The position numbers and the translations under genes were made by a program. This document shows positions 34,470-47,211 of a stretch of 64,000 nucleotides of DNA, piece after piece. Location of the stretch: NCBI GenBank assembly GCA_047495785.1, contig JBLDXI010000013.1, positions 2,356,001-2,420,000 of the forward strand. Direction: 5' to 3'. How positions within the stretch are numbered: the stretch's first letter is position 1; each line of letters begins with the position of its first letter. The stretch comes from Lepidodermella squamata (taxonomy: Eukaryota > Animalia > Gastrotricha). The notes beneath the pieces were generated by a model. That model worked only from the letters and a program-made list of their open reading frames with translations. It ran no database searches and was not told where the DNA came from.

Positions 34470-36919
34470 AAATCATAAAATTCGATCTAGAAGAATAAAA
34501 ATACGTCATTAGTGCATCGGTGATCCAAGTTCCAAAGTGTCTCAAGTCATTTGATAAAATCTAAAATCAATGAAACCGCTAAGGTTGTAGTAGTGGTTTT
34601 CCATGTTGTTGACTCGGAAAATTTAAATATTCCTTGATTCTTATTCCTTATCCGAATATTATATCGGAAATATAATATTCCGAATAGTAGAGAAATAGTA
34701 TTCGGAAATCTAAAATTCTAAAATAGTTCTAGTGATTTTTGATTTGTTATCCCACCGATAAAACCCGTATTAACAATCAACTGGCAATTTTAAAGTTTCA
34801 AATTTGTTTCAAATGACATCAAATGATGAAGGTTCTAAAAACTAGATATATCAGCGTGATAGTAAGAGGTCAGTAGAGTAAATTGCAGATTTTCCTGGCA
34901 AATCGTTTGATTAGGTTTGATTAACAATTAACAGCGACAAGTTCGTCTTGGACCATGCGGTTATGACTAGCGAATAGTACAATTAAATAGTTTTCAAGTA
35001 ATGATTTGAAAGAAGTTTCACCCTCGGAAATGACAACAACCTGTAATCAACTATCAACTGTTGAGCGAATCTGGTCTGTCTTGATTAGATAACCACATCA
35101 CTTACGACTCATTCTTCACCCCTCTCGATTAAAAATTAATGGCATACGGGTATCTTTACAATAATAGCGCCCATATAATTAAAAACAAGATTGAGATTTG
35201 TAACTGTTGCGGCAATCGTAGAATTCTAAATCAACTTCGAAACTCGGAAAATCTCCGGCATACAGTTTCTAACCTAAATTGAAAGAGGTTGACCAGCATC
35301 CATGATGCTAAACGAAAGAAAAAGAAAGAAGTCTTCCACTTTCCAAATATTCCGCAAGACTCAACTCGTCTTGAGGGCACGTATGATATAGGGTGCATGT
35401 ATAAGACACGACATACAGCTGTCAGCTTTCACTTTTACGTTTTACGCGCCTCACTCCCCAAGATTTCCGTGCATTGAGAGGTACCAGCATAAATGAAGTA
35501 GGTATATCAATCAAAATGTAAAATGTATAAGCAGACTGAGATGAAGAGTTGACTCGAATTCCGCATTCAATGCTTTCGCCTACCGATATGGGCACAAGAA
35601 CTCACACGACTTAGGAACAACTTAAACAAACTGAGCCAAGCGTTTAGCATGGAAAAGTGACAGCTGAGAGATACGATATGCTTTTCCAATCGGAGACAAG
35701 TTTCACTGATGCTTTGATGTCAGATCAAAAAAGAACTTCAGCGTACTAAAGATTTCTTATTTTATAGTAGATTACATAGATAGTCAACTGCTTCGAGTAA
35801 TTTGCATTTAATCAAGCTTTACTAAGGCACGCAACCGGCAAAGACTCAAGAAGCGTTCGTTTGAAGGAAAGGTACTTTCACACGAGCATTGCGCCTCTTG
35901 CCAAAAAAGCGTAAAGCGGAACCGCGCGGGCCGCGCATCAGAAACCGCATCATTTGCCTAAAATTTGCTAGCACGATATTAATTATTTAAAAAAATTTCC
36001 AATTTTGTTTAAGAAAAGGTATTAAAAATTACCAGATTTACCATAATTCAATTTAATAATTTATTTGGCTGCATGCGAATATTGAAAGAAAAAATCGTAA
36101 TGCGCAATGCGCAGCGCCTCGCGGCGATGATTTACGCTCTTTTTTAGGTTTCAGTTTAAACATCCAATGAATGTAGAGCAGTGTAAGTCCCATTAAACTT
36201 GCTTTGCCGCTTATCTCATCAATTCCAGCTACCTATACGACAATTTTTATCGTCAAGAACAACCAATTTATCGCCCAGGAATCAGGAATCAACGGACCAC
36301 CGACTCGAGCGGTTGCGACTCGAGCCACCAATTCGGATGGGATAGCTGTTATTTAGATTTTCAAATCAAAGCCTTGATCAAGAAATCAGCAGCGGGAGTC
36401 GATTGAAGGAAAGATGACGACAACTAGGTATACTTCCTTCGATAGGATCCGATTGAAAAGATTTATCGACGATATCCGCGTTGGTTTCGTATCCTTCCGG
36501 TTCCGGTTTGATGCAAGTCTCGGTTTGATATTTTGTCATAATTGCCGAAGCATCCATTTATTTTTTTAAAAACTTATTAAACAAAGTGTTCGCCTCCCTC
36601 GAGATCTTGAAATCACAAGATACTTTTCACATAGGACAAAGGCTCAACGTCAATATTCCTTCTCCTCTCATGAGATAGATTTTGCTTTAAGCGTAGTTCC
36701 TTCTACATTTTTCCATGCAGATTAGCTCGTCAAAAAATAGATTATCAGTAGCTCCACAGCCACTATACAGATACCATTTGCATGTGTTTTGCTTCGCTTC
36801 GTAGTACCACCGGATCAACGCAGCCCTACATTATCCGACTGCGGGCCGCATTATACAAGGAGCTGTTAATACAGCAGGAAGTAGCATAAACTTCTGACTT
36901 CTGATGCAATAACAAGATT

Positions 36920-37497
36920 TTACAAGGTGTTGCTGTTAATAGTTAATAAAGTCGTCGTTTCGGCGCTCTTTGTAGTCATTGGTGTCGTTGTGGTCGGAGG
37001 TGTCGCTGTTTTGAAAATGAGACATGCAATTTCGAATAGAAAAGAGTACATGGTAAACACGCAAAATTTTGCCCGTTGTGGTTGTCGTAGTCGCTCTAGG
37101 CGTCGTAGTTGTTCTTATTGTTCTCGGCTGATGTAAATAATAGACATTAAAATCATCTGTAATTATAATTATAGCTTTTACTGTGGTAGTCGTAGTTGAG
37201 GTGGTTGTCGAGGTGATAGTTGTGGTAGTGGATGTGGTCGTCGTTGGCAACGTTGCTGTCGACGTCTGCAAATTACAACTTTTGATGGAATCAGAGTTAC
37301 TGTAAATGCCGGTAAACGATCAGATATAAGAGCAACATTGGGCAAGGTGCAAATTGTTCTAGATACGCAATGTCTGCCTGAAACAGCAACCTCGTGCCGG
37401 CGTTGCGGGCCGCTGGGTTGGGAGCAGAATTAGCTGCCATGTAAGGAATTAGGTATGATTTTCACATTGGGATTGTTCCACAGCGAATATGCGATGG
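36920..37497 (-). pseudogene. Thr-rich mucin-like exon fragments
   Basis: Short AG/GT-bounded segments encode TTTTSTTTTITSTTTSTTTT, RTTTTPRATTTTT and TPPTTTTPMTT. The upstream segment has stops in the frames examined and there is no clear start. Confidence 0.4.
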
Positions 37498-37520
37498 CTG
37501 AAATGTCAGAAATATTAGTA

Positions 37521-37707
37521 CCGTATTTGTTCCTATAGCAGCCCGGGCTACTAAAATTTCAACCTCGAAATTTCAAAAATTTCAAAAAATAATTTCTCGT
37601 GAATCGTTCATCATTCATGTTTTCGAACCGACTTGGCCCCTCAACCCTGGGCTACTATTAGGGATGGGTGATTATTAGTGAATGGGCTACTATTGGAACA
37701 AATACAG
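37521..37707. mobile_element. Tc1/mariner(pogo)-type MITE
   Basis: TA|ccgtatttgttcctatagcagccc ... gggctactattggaacaaatacag|TA: ~24-bp imperfect TIRs, TA target duplication, internal gggctacta repeats. Confidence 0.8.
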
Positions 37708-38283
37708 TATTTTATGTTGATCCCCGTGATTAAAAAAACCGAGGACGTAGCCGCATGTTACTGGCAAAAATTCACTGGGTGGAACGGCTCTTTCGTTCCA
37801 CGATCGGGCTGGGGCGTTTGGTATAGAGATCTCACCCAAAGGGCAAGAAAAATCTATCAGCTGATACTCGCCTTACGCAGTTTTTCTCACATCAGCCAGG
37901 CATGAATACACATTTTCTATGTTGGACTGTTCGGTTAAAAATCTAGGCAACAAATTATGCGAAAATCCGAGATGAAAAGTGGTAATATATCACCAAGTTT
38001 GCGTGAGGTCTAAAGTTAACAACAAAAATAGGCGGGAAATGTGTTAGGCTATTCTGAACTTCACAGGAATACATCATTATTGCTGGTGAAGCCAACCAGC
38101 GCCTCGATCACTGCAAAACATGTGCAATAAGCCCGATTGCACATGATGATGATGATGATGGCTACATCATCAGGCCGAAGCGACGACCGAGCTTGATCCG
38201 CTGAGAATTATTTTACTGGAAAATTCATCCACTGGGCTCGGGCTGATTTTTAGAGCTGTCCGTACAAAGCAAATTAGTAAATA

Positions 38284-39183
38284 TCATCTCAAAACTCGCA
38301 TAGACTTGCATGTGCAGAATCCAGTATTATTTACGTTTGGATTGCACGGAATGCATATTTTGTCGGAATCACATGCCGTACTAAGACTTCCTCGTAACAC
38401 AGTCAGGCATTGATTTCCAGTGGTGTAAATGGGTTCTGAGAATAAGGAAGAATATAAATAAAATTGTTGATTGCTTCGCTTCGATGCATACCAACAGCTC
38501 CAACACATGCTTTGATGTTCCGAGCAATGTAAGTTCCAGTGAGCGGTTCGCGAAACTGCACGCGCCAATCGATCTGACGAAATCCTCCGGAGCAGTTACA
38601 AGTTGAGTTGCGGCAAAACGCATTGGCAACTAGGCAGTCATTATCAGTCGTGCATGGATCTGGCAAACGATAACAGGTAAGCATAGAAGCCTTAAGGCCT
38701 CTCACTTAGAATCGGGTTATCTCACTTGGGGCGCACAAGCGCTTGCTGTTCCCCGTGTATTTGTAGCCGATAGGACATGTGCAAACTTGTTTACCGGTGG
38801 AACAGACAAGCGGAGGCAGGCATTGATTAGAATCAGCGCACTTCTCTCCTTGCTGACCTTTGGCTTCTTTGGGCACACAGATCAGATAAATTTTGTCCGA
38901 TGACAGTCTTTTGACATATCTGGGTCATGGCAAAACCGAATAAAATATAAGATTTAGGTTACACCAAAACTAACATACCCATTTACGCAATCACAAAAAC
39001 CATTAGTACAAACTGATTTCAATTGCTTGCAAGCTCTATCATCACCGCAAGGTTGGCCAACAGCAGACGCTTAACAAAAAAAGAGAGTATGAGAAGAATA
39101 TTAACGATCAATTCGATGACATACATGGTTTGCATATGAAGCTGACTTCGTCATACCAATATCCATCGGGACAGCCGCATTCT
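38284..39183 (-). CDS. Cys-rich protein with EB/EGF-like modules (5' end unresolved, possibly pseudogene)
   Basis: Five exons join in frame: ECGCPDGYWY..CKP|SAVGQPCGDDRACKQLKSVCTNGFCDCVNG|Y..GEKCADSNQCLPPLVC..CTCPIGY..CAP|PCTTDNDCLVANAFCRNSTCNCSGGF..|..CTCKSMRVLR*. The candidate signal-peptide exon near 39360-39420 is interrupted. Confidence 0.65.
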
Positions 39184-40007
39184 CCGAAAGTAAATCCATT
39201 AGATCAAATCAAATTTATCCATTTTATCAAATCGATAAAACTCATGTTTCGCCTTTAAGCTGGTTTAACATATAAAGGCCGACAATTTGATACTTGTTTG
39301 CCAAGCTCCAAGTTAAATGAATAATTTTACTACTATGTTTTACTCAAAACATACTTGCTTGCTACTTGTTACATAACAAAAAAAATATAACTGTGCTCAT
39401 GTGCTTTTGGATTGTAAGCATTTGAGTCGACTAAGTTCCAGCGAGAGCAGAATCTTGAATTGCGAAGCGATGACGTGGAAAATTTTAGGTTTAAATGAAC
39501 CCAAAAAGGACGGGGACTAACACCGGTATTCTGTGCTTGGCATATCTTCGGCGCTCAGCAGGCAATTCGAAGGCTGATGTATTAACTAAACTTTTTCTAA
39601 TGCAGTAAATCGAGGACACTTCAGCGAAGATAGAAATAGCATTTCTATATGGCTAGCAATATATTTTTCTTTAATTCATTTGTTGTGCCGTTACTCCTGC
39701 ATATTACAATCTGGATTTATCTCAGCTCGGGGGTTGCCTCTCCACTCTTCAACCGTTTACCGGTTTGCCATCGGTTTGCCGGTATCGCTTGCTTAGCATC
39801 GCTAAACGAAGTAACCTTGGTCAGAAAGGCTCAGCAGGAAGGCTGCGAATAAAATTACGTAACGAATAAGCTATCTGCTTAGAAACAAGTATCAAGTTGC
39901 TAGCTGCCACTGTGAAAATTTAATGAACATATTGCTCTTTGCTTTCACTGCTCTTTGATGCGCTCCAATAAGTGATTACCAAGGGATGCTCAAAACTTGT
40001 TGACACT

Positions 40008-40780
40008 TATTTATTTATTATTTATTTATTTCAAAGCTATGACGCCCAAGAGAGAGCAGCTTGACAATAGTGAATTGAAAATGAAACAGATAATTGCAGG
40101 ACAGGTTACAGAGGTATAGGACATTGGCAAATGATGACATAAAAAATGTTATTAAGTGCATATAGCAAGAGTGAGCGATTGAACAATGATGAGAATTAAG
40201 TAAAATAACAAAATCATAATAACATCACAACAAAACAGCATCGCAGCATTATAAAAATATATAGTCTATCGAATTTATCATAGGCCTAAACCAGTGGAAT
40301 TTCTTTCGTAAAAATAAGCATAAACATTTGAGCGGCACGCTTCAGCTGACTCAGCATTTTGAGCTTCGGCAGGCAGTTGATTCCAGAGATCGGGACCGCG
40401 ATAGCTAAGGCTCAACGTGCCACGAACTGACGAATACGTCGGCTTGAACATTGGCTCAGTGTTACGTGTTGAGTAGCTGCCGACCGGGTTCAGCTGGAAA
40501 AGTGTTTGAATTGCAGCCGGTGCTTGTTCATTCAGGCAATTGCGGATGAATGTCGCCAAATGGATGGCGTGTTTCTGTTGAACGTTGACCCAGCCGAGTC
40601 GATGGCGAAGAGGCTCCGCATCTGCGAGTGAGTGAGCGCCGCATATGATTCGGACGGCACGATCTTGCGTTGACTGAGGCTTTGCTAGAGTAGTCGGTGC
40701 TGCCTGACCTAAGGTTAGGTCACCGTAATTGATATGGCTGAATATCAAGCCATTGGCCATCATGATGGCAGTTTTTCACT
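40008..40780 (-). mobile_element. 5'-truncated non-LTR retrotransposon (CR1/L2-group LINE) fragment
   Basis: ORF2 C-terminal motifs LIFSHINYG..QDRAVRII..LGW..YSTRN..SYRGPDLWNQLP (40278-40763), followed by a 3' UTR and an (AAAT)n-like tail at ~40008-40031. Confidence 0.82.
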
Positions 40781-42079
40781 ATCACCTTAGCTCATAGATA
40801 TGATTTCAGCATGAATGCAAATGCACATACAAACTAAATGAATAAATTCTGAAGAAAAAGAGACAGAAATGGAACGGTAACGGTGACATTGGCGATGCTT
40901 GGATCGGTTCATCGCGGCGCTCAGTCGTCTTCATGCTTCACTTGATATATTTGAGCTCACACATTTCTACACGTATATGGGTTTATCTGTTTTTCACGTT
41001 AATGTTATGAGCCATGCGAAGATCGCTGTTCACGGCAGCGCTGTTGCAGGAACAACATTCGACAGGAAAAGCTCGAGCTGCAAAAAAAAATAAAAAAGTT
41101 TTAGGCGTCGCATGCGACAAATTTTACTCCATGAAGACCATTTAAAAATACATAAATATTTCTAGAGCGTTTTAGGTAATGTAAATGATGTTTAATTCGA
41201 TTTTATTTATTTATTGAGCTGATTTTAAACCACGCGTGTTTGAGCGGCTTTCGGTCGATTGAACCTTGCTGGAATGCTGGAAGCGATCTTGAAGTTCGAT
41301 CAGGATGACTAACGCACGTTGCGGGTTTCTCAATGTAGTGTAATAGAGCCGGCGTGTTCGCATGCACCATCGGAAACAGCATTACCTGATAGCCTGATGC
41401 TTTCGAAAAAGTCCGTATCTCACCATTACCCACAATTGTATAACTTTTTCGCCAGTTCACATTTGAGTACTTTTCGAAATTACCTTTAATCAGATTGTAT
41501 TCAGGATTAATTAAAGAAATAAGAAATAAGAAATCAGAATGGCATAATACTATGCTCTTCTTGTCGTGAAACGTTACTTGTTACTGACCCCACCCCATCT
41601 CTCCTATCTCTCCTATTTTACCATCTGTGGATCGTGACTTGTAATGCAGATCGATTAGAGCCTATGGCCCTATGAGTTTTTTTCATCCAGATTGTACTAT
41701 TGATGCGATAATCGACAAGGTCATTTTAGTTTACTAGCCATTTGGATTGTAAGTTGAGGAACTCGTGCCTTCGGCCTTCTCTTGTCTTTAGAGCTAGGGG
41801 ATTGGCTTGGATTGTGAGATTGTAACCTAACCTAGAGGTAGTGATCACTGATCACCACGTTTTATATTGCTTTAAGCATACGACAAATGAAGTATTTAAT
41901 TAAGATTGCTGGAAGTACGCTATTTTCCGTTATTTAACCTCAAATTCATCGTGCATTCAATATCCGATGATTGATTTATGGTTGCTGTTGAGGCTCGAGA
42001 CAAGATTGAATTGTTTTCAGCTCTCGGAGGCCTGCAAAATTTAATTTGTATCATTTCCCTCATTAGGCAGTACTTTAAA

Positions 42080-42787
42080 ATGTACTCAATTGCCGGAAAC
42101 CGCATCAAGAAGCCTGTCGGTGAGAAGCCCACCGAATTGGAGCTCAACATTGCTCAGGTATCTCGTTTTAAACTTAATATCTTGTGGGTTTAACTGGTTT
42201 TTCGTAGGTTCTCGCTGAGCTTGAAATGAGCAGCGACTTGAAGACTGCCCTATCCGATCTAGTTATTACTGGTGCTAAGGAAATTGATGCCCGCGACAAG
42301 AAGGCTATTGTTGTGTTCGTCCCAGTTCCCCAGCTGAAGGCTTACCACAAAATTCAACAGCGCCTTATGCGTGAGCTGGAGAAGAAGTTCAGCGGCAAGT
42401 CCGTTGTCTTCGTCGCTCAGCGCCGCATTTTGCCTAAGCCGAGCCGCAATCGCTCAAAGAAGGGTCGGTCTTCTGCTCTTCTCAAGCAGAAGCGTCCTCG
42501 CAGCCGAACCCTGACTGCTGTTCACACCGCCATCCTCGACGATGTTTGCTTCCCTGCCGAAATCGTCGGAAAGCGCCTTCATTTCAAACAAGTTGGTTTA
42601 ACTGATAGGAACCTCAGATGTTGTATAACGTAATGTGACATTATAGGATGGCAGCCGCTTCACCAAGGTTTTATTGGACAAGAACCAGCAAACCAACGTT
42701 GAGCACAAGCTGGAGACTCTGGCATCAGTTTACAAGAGGCTCACCGGCAAAGAAGTCCGCTTCGAATTTCCGGAATGGGTTCTGTAA
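42080..42787 (+). CDS. RPS7: 40S ribosomal protein S7 (eS7), 3 coding exons
   Basis: [91 protein letters not shown]. Confidence 0.97.
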
Positions 42788-42916
42788 ACATTTCGATTTT
42801 TCCGTGATGTGATGTAGAGAGAAATTCACAAATAATTATAAATTTGGGAGCCGGCGAAATAAAGAGACGAGGTCATCTCCATCTATGATATTTTTATTTA
42901 GAGCTTAACTTATATT

Positions 42917-44348
42917 ATGCCATCCAATCACGTTGATTATCCCATTACCCGTTTCCACAATTGCCGAGTTGTGCAATTTCACGAACCCATTAAAGGAGAA
43001 TTCGTGTCGGCTAATACTGATGAAATCTGGATAAGAGCTGGACGCGTGATTGATTCTCAGCATGCATTTTACCGAGAACAGCAACGGCCTGAAATAGATA
43101 TTGACTGCAAGGGTGCAATAGTTGCTCCCGGATTGATTGACCTGCAAGTTAACGGTGGATGGGGTATTGATTTCAGCTGTATGGAAAACCCCGAAAATGG
43201 ACTACGAACTGTTGCGAAAAATCTCCTCAAACACGGCGTGACTTCATTTTGTCCAACAATTGTTTCTTCTACCACTAATGTATATCGCAGTATGGTACCT
43301 TTTCTGGGACCAAGGAAAGGCTGCTCGGAATTCGGAGCCGCTGTATTAGGTGCTCACCTTGAGGGGTATATCCGTTACAAATGCAAATTGATTCTTTTTC
43401 AATTATAATTAATAGGCCTTTCATTTCTCCAACAAAAATCGGTTGCCATGACCCGGCAAATGTGACGGTGCCTAAGCGAGGATTCGAATCAGTATTAGAA
43501 ATGTATGGTGGAGATGACTTGATCAAAAACGTGGCAATAGTCACCATCGCTCCAGAAATCGAAGGTAAGGCTAACGAGCTGAAATACCCGCGAATTTTAA
43601 GCTGTGAATTAAACAGGAGCGTTGTCCGCTATTGAAGGACTTTCGCGAAAAGGTGTATTGGTCTCACTCGGTCACTCCTCCGCCTCGATCGCGGATGGTG
43701 AAAAAGGGGTACTTGCTGGTGCTAGATGTGTCACACATCTTTTCAATGCTATGCTTCCCTTCCACCATCGTGACCCTGGCCTTCTCGGTTTACTCGCAAT
43801 GGAAACTGATACCGAAACGCCGTCGCCGAGTCAAACAGTCATGCATTTCGGGATAATTGCTGACGGCATTCACGCTCATCCAGCAGCACTACGAGTAGCT
43901 CACCGCATGGCCCCTAGCTCTCTTTGTTTAGTTTCTGATCAAGTCCTTGCGGCTGGACTGCCGGACGGGCGTCATAATTTTCCTGGTTTGGGTCGGCACA
44001 TCGAGGTATTTTTCTTATCTTGCAATCATCGACATCATTGATTCAATATCATCGTAAATCTAGCTTTCTGGTAGAAGAGCCACTCTGGTGGATCAGCCTG
44101 AGACCCTGGCAGGGGCTGCTACTCTACTTGACGAATGTGTTCGCATCTTCAAGCAAGTTACTGGCTGTTCTATTGATTATTCGCTGGCAGCAGCTTCAAA
44201 ACACCCCGCAGCTGCTCTTCGGCTGCTCGAGAAAGGCCAGTGTGGATCGCTGGCCGTAGGATCTGTAGCAGATTTAATTCTTGTCGATCCAGCCGACTTC
44301 ACTATCAATGCTACATATCTAGCTGGCGAACGTGTTTATTCGAAATGA
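42917..44348 (+). CDS. AMDHD2: N-acetylglucosamine-6-phosphate deacetylase, 4 exons
   Basis: PGLIDLQVNG, GVTSFCPT, GAHLEGPFIS, SLGHS, THLFNAM, HHRDPG, IADGIH, TLAG and ADL motifs. Confidence 0.95.
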
Positions 44349-44660
44349 TGCTTTTTATAAAAATTTTAAAGTATTACTGACAACGTTTCAAATTTAAGGT
44401 CTATTTATACCGACTTTTTAACAGCTGAAACGAATCATAGGGAGTGTCTTTCACTGTTGATTTCTTGTTGCGATTTTCAAACTTGATTAACCTTCGCCAT
44501 TTTTTACTCGTCTGAAACAGCTGCTGTCGCGAATGTATTATATGTGTTTTTGAGGCTGATTCATTGCAATAAATGATCGTTTACTTTCAATTTCATTATT
44601 TTTCTGGTAAAATACATTGAATTACTACTCTGCTAAATTAACAGTTCGAATTTTTTTAGA

Positions 44661-45451
44661 TTAATAAGTGCGCCGGTACCCGGTGACATTCGGCGCGGAG
44701 CATAGCTTCCCAGTAACGTATTCGCCTTTTACAAGCATTTCAGTGATGCCTCTAATGAGTGATTCGCATTGCGAGATTTTCGAGTCCAACTTTTGATACA
44801 ATGCGTGACGCTCAGCTGTAAGGGAAAATGTAGTTCACTGATGCAAGCGTTTGTACGAAATATCTTACCAGGACCGCGTTTGTTGCATTCTGGAAAAGAT
44901 AGCTGCTGAAGTTGCATTCCCAAATGTTCCAATCGTGACTTGAGGTTTTGCACGTGGGCTCCTAGTTTTCGTAAAGCATTGGCAGTAGCATTGCTGGTGC
45001 CACCGGAGGACAAGAAGCCTCTATGCACGCCATCAAGCTCGTGAATAACTCGCGAAAGCTCGCCATCGTAGTTCTCGAAGACTTTCTGTCACACATAATC
45101 AACATCAATAAATGATATTAAAAATGCTGAGATGCCAACCTTGAGTTCCTTGAATGCCACCCAGTTGGGTTCCTCATCTGGTAATGGTTCGGTGCCATTA
45201 AGCATTATTTTAGCGTTGGTTGTGATGCCACAATTTTTCAAGCTACGCCGCATCTCTGAGAGAAGAACTCCTTTGTGCACAAGTTGTTGACGAGGGATCG
45301 GCACGCCACTGATTTCTTCAACGGCTTTTGCCAAATGACCCACCGTTAAAACATCACCATGCTCTTCTTCGGGTAGCACAAGCTTTACACAGTACGAATT
45401 CCTTCCGTGCAATAATTTCACTGTAATTTCACTGACGCCGTCTGCTGCCAT
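44661..45451 (-). CDS. BAG1: BAG family regulator 1-like (ubiquitin-like + BAG domain), 3 exons
   Basis: UBL (TVGHLAKAVEEISGVP..QQLVHKG..GITTNAKIML) followed by a BAG1-like helical region with ELDGVHRGFL. Exons join in frame to the stop at 44661. Confidence 0.8.
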
Positions 45452-45651
45452 GATGCCTTAGGTGTATTAAAATATATACGAGCTAGATGAGAAATAAAAA
45501 AAATCTTTAACAACCAAAAATCATGTAAGGTCGATTGAAGACGTCGATTGAAGACAAGAAATAGCTGACTAAGCAACAACTTATTTGTTTCATAACAAAA
45601 TTTCAACAATTATTTTTAGGTGCAGTAAGCAAAGTCTTACAACCACTAATA

Positions 45652-45824
45652 CAGTGCACTTTCACTATAACAAACTCCAATATAACGAACTTCCGCTATA
45701 ACGAACGTTTTGAGTGGCTCGTTCATATAGATTTGCGTTAAATCAGCTTCCAATATAACGAAAAACCGCTATAGCGAAACTTTTTGATTGGCGCGATGAA
45801 TTTCGTTATATTGAAAGTGCACTG
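45652..45824. mobile_element. Tigger/pogo-type MITE
   Basis: TA|cagtgcactttca ... tgaaagtgcactg|TA perfect 13-bp TIRs, TA duplication, internal tataacgaa repeats. Confidence 0.88.
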
Positions 45825-47211
45825 TAGTTAAAGGCTGAAGGTAATATACATTATACATCAAACATGAGCAAACGTAATATCACATAAAGAATATCCTTGC
45901 TAAAAAATATTGAAAGCAGCATTGCATCTGCTAGCTATGCAGCCGAGAAGTTGTAGGGACATTTTGACATATTCAAGTCTTGAAAGCTATGGGATTACAT
46001 TAAAGATGACTCGAAGGTCCTGATTGGAGTAAAGGGCGAGAATAAAAACGCTGGTCTTTTAGTCTAGTCATGTGCGTGTCAGGCAAGTAGTCATTTCGCT
46101 TCCATGCAATCACTAAATCAATCGAATTAGTCGAATTAATAGAAATAGTTTAGCGATTCTGAACTACTTCAAAACGTCAGCTAGAATCATGCACTCATGC
46201 AGTGATGCATTTGGTGGATTGATGGCGCCAATTCTTGGACCACAGTTGCTACTTCAAAGCTCAAAGCAGTAGATAGGAAAGAAGTCCTCATCCATCAGTG
46301 TTGCCATGGAAGCTCAAAGTAACCAAGTGTTCAATTTTGCAATTATCTAATTCAAAAAAGTATGTTATGCATGTATTACAAAAATAGGATTTGCTGCGTG
46401 AAAATAAATTAGCGGAATTTTTAAATTTTTAAATTTGCTTAGCTCAACCAGATGGCTACGATGTTTTTTTCCACCTCTGGAATAAGTGACTTTCAGTGAT
46501 CGGCGTGGTGCGTGGTCGTGAGTTGCCTTTAATTTTTGAATGAGCATGGTGGGACTTGACATTTGTTGAGAGGAACTCTTTGATAAAACAAGGTCATGTT
46601 GTGCTCATAATTGGAAAGTTCGCACATGAGAACCAGGAACAAGAGCAAAGCTTCGTTCTACTTATGCCTTTAGTCTTTAGCCAATCATCAATCCAGTCAG
46701 CCAAAACTCAATTCCTGATGAGATCTGAACAATGCGTCCATCATTTTGTTTTCGAAAACACCCTTTCATAGTTTATTCCAAACAAGTGGCGCTAAATGCT
46801 TAAGTGAAACGCGCTCTGGTTCGTGTCGAATGTTTGCGGTCAAAATTGGTCTTTGGTCTTTAAATGTTAGATAAAGCTAAATGAGTCATGAGCCTTGAGC
46901 ATATCGGAAATATCGGAAAATTCTCTCCACTTCACCCTAATTATTTTACCAATTGCCATACTTCTCCTATAGTTGTTGTTTATGAAACGTAACGCATTTG
47001 TTCGAATTCCAACGTTTCGGTTATACTCGATAACCATCTTCAGGGATTAGTTAGGAAATCAAATCGAAATTTGAAGTTAACATTAAAATTAAGGTATCCT
47101 ATAGTATTTTGCATTTTTCCTATGTTTTGTCGATATCTTATTTTCAGCCTTCATGTACGCTCTAGATGTATCTGTTTACATGTATGGTCTGAACTTAGGT
47201 GGGTTTCTTAG

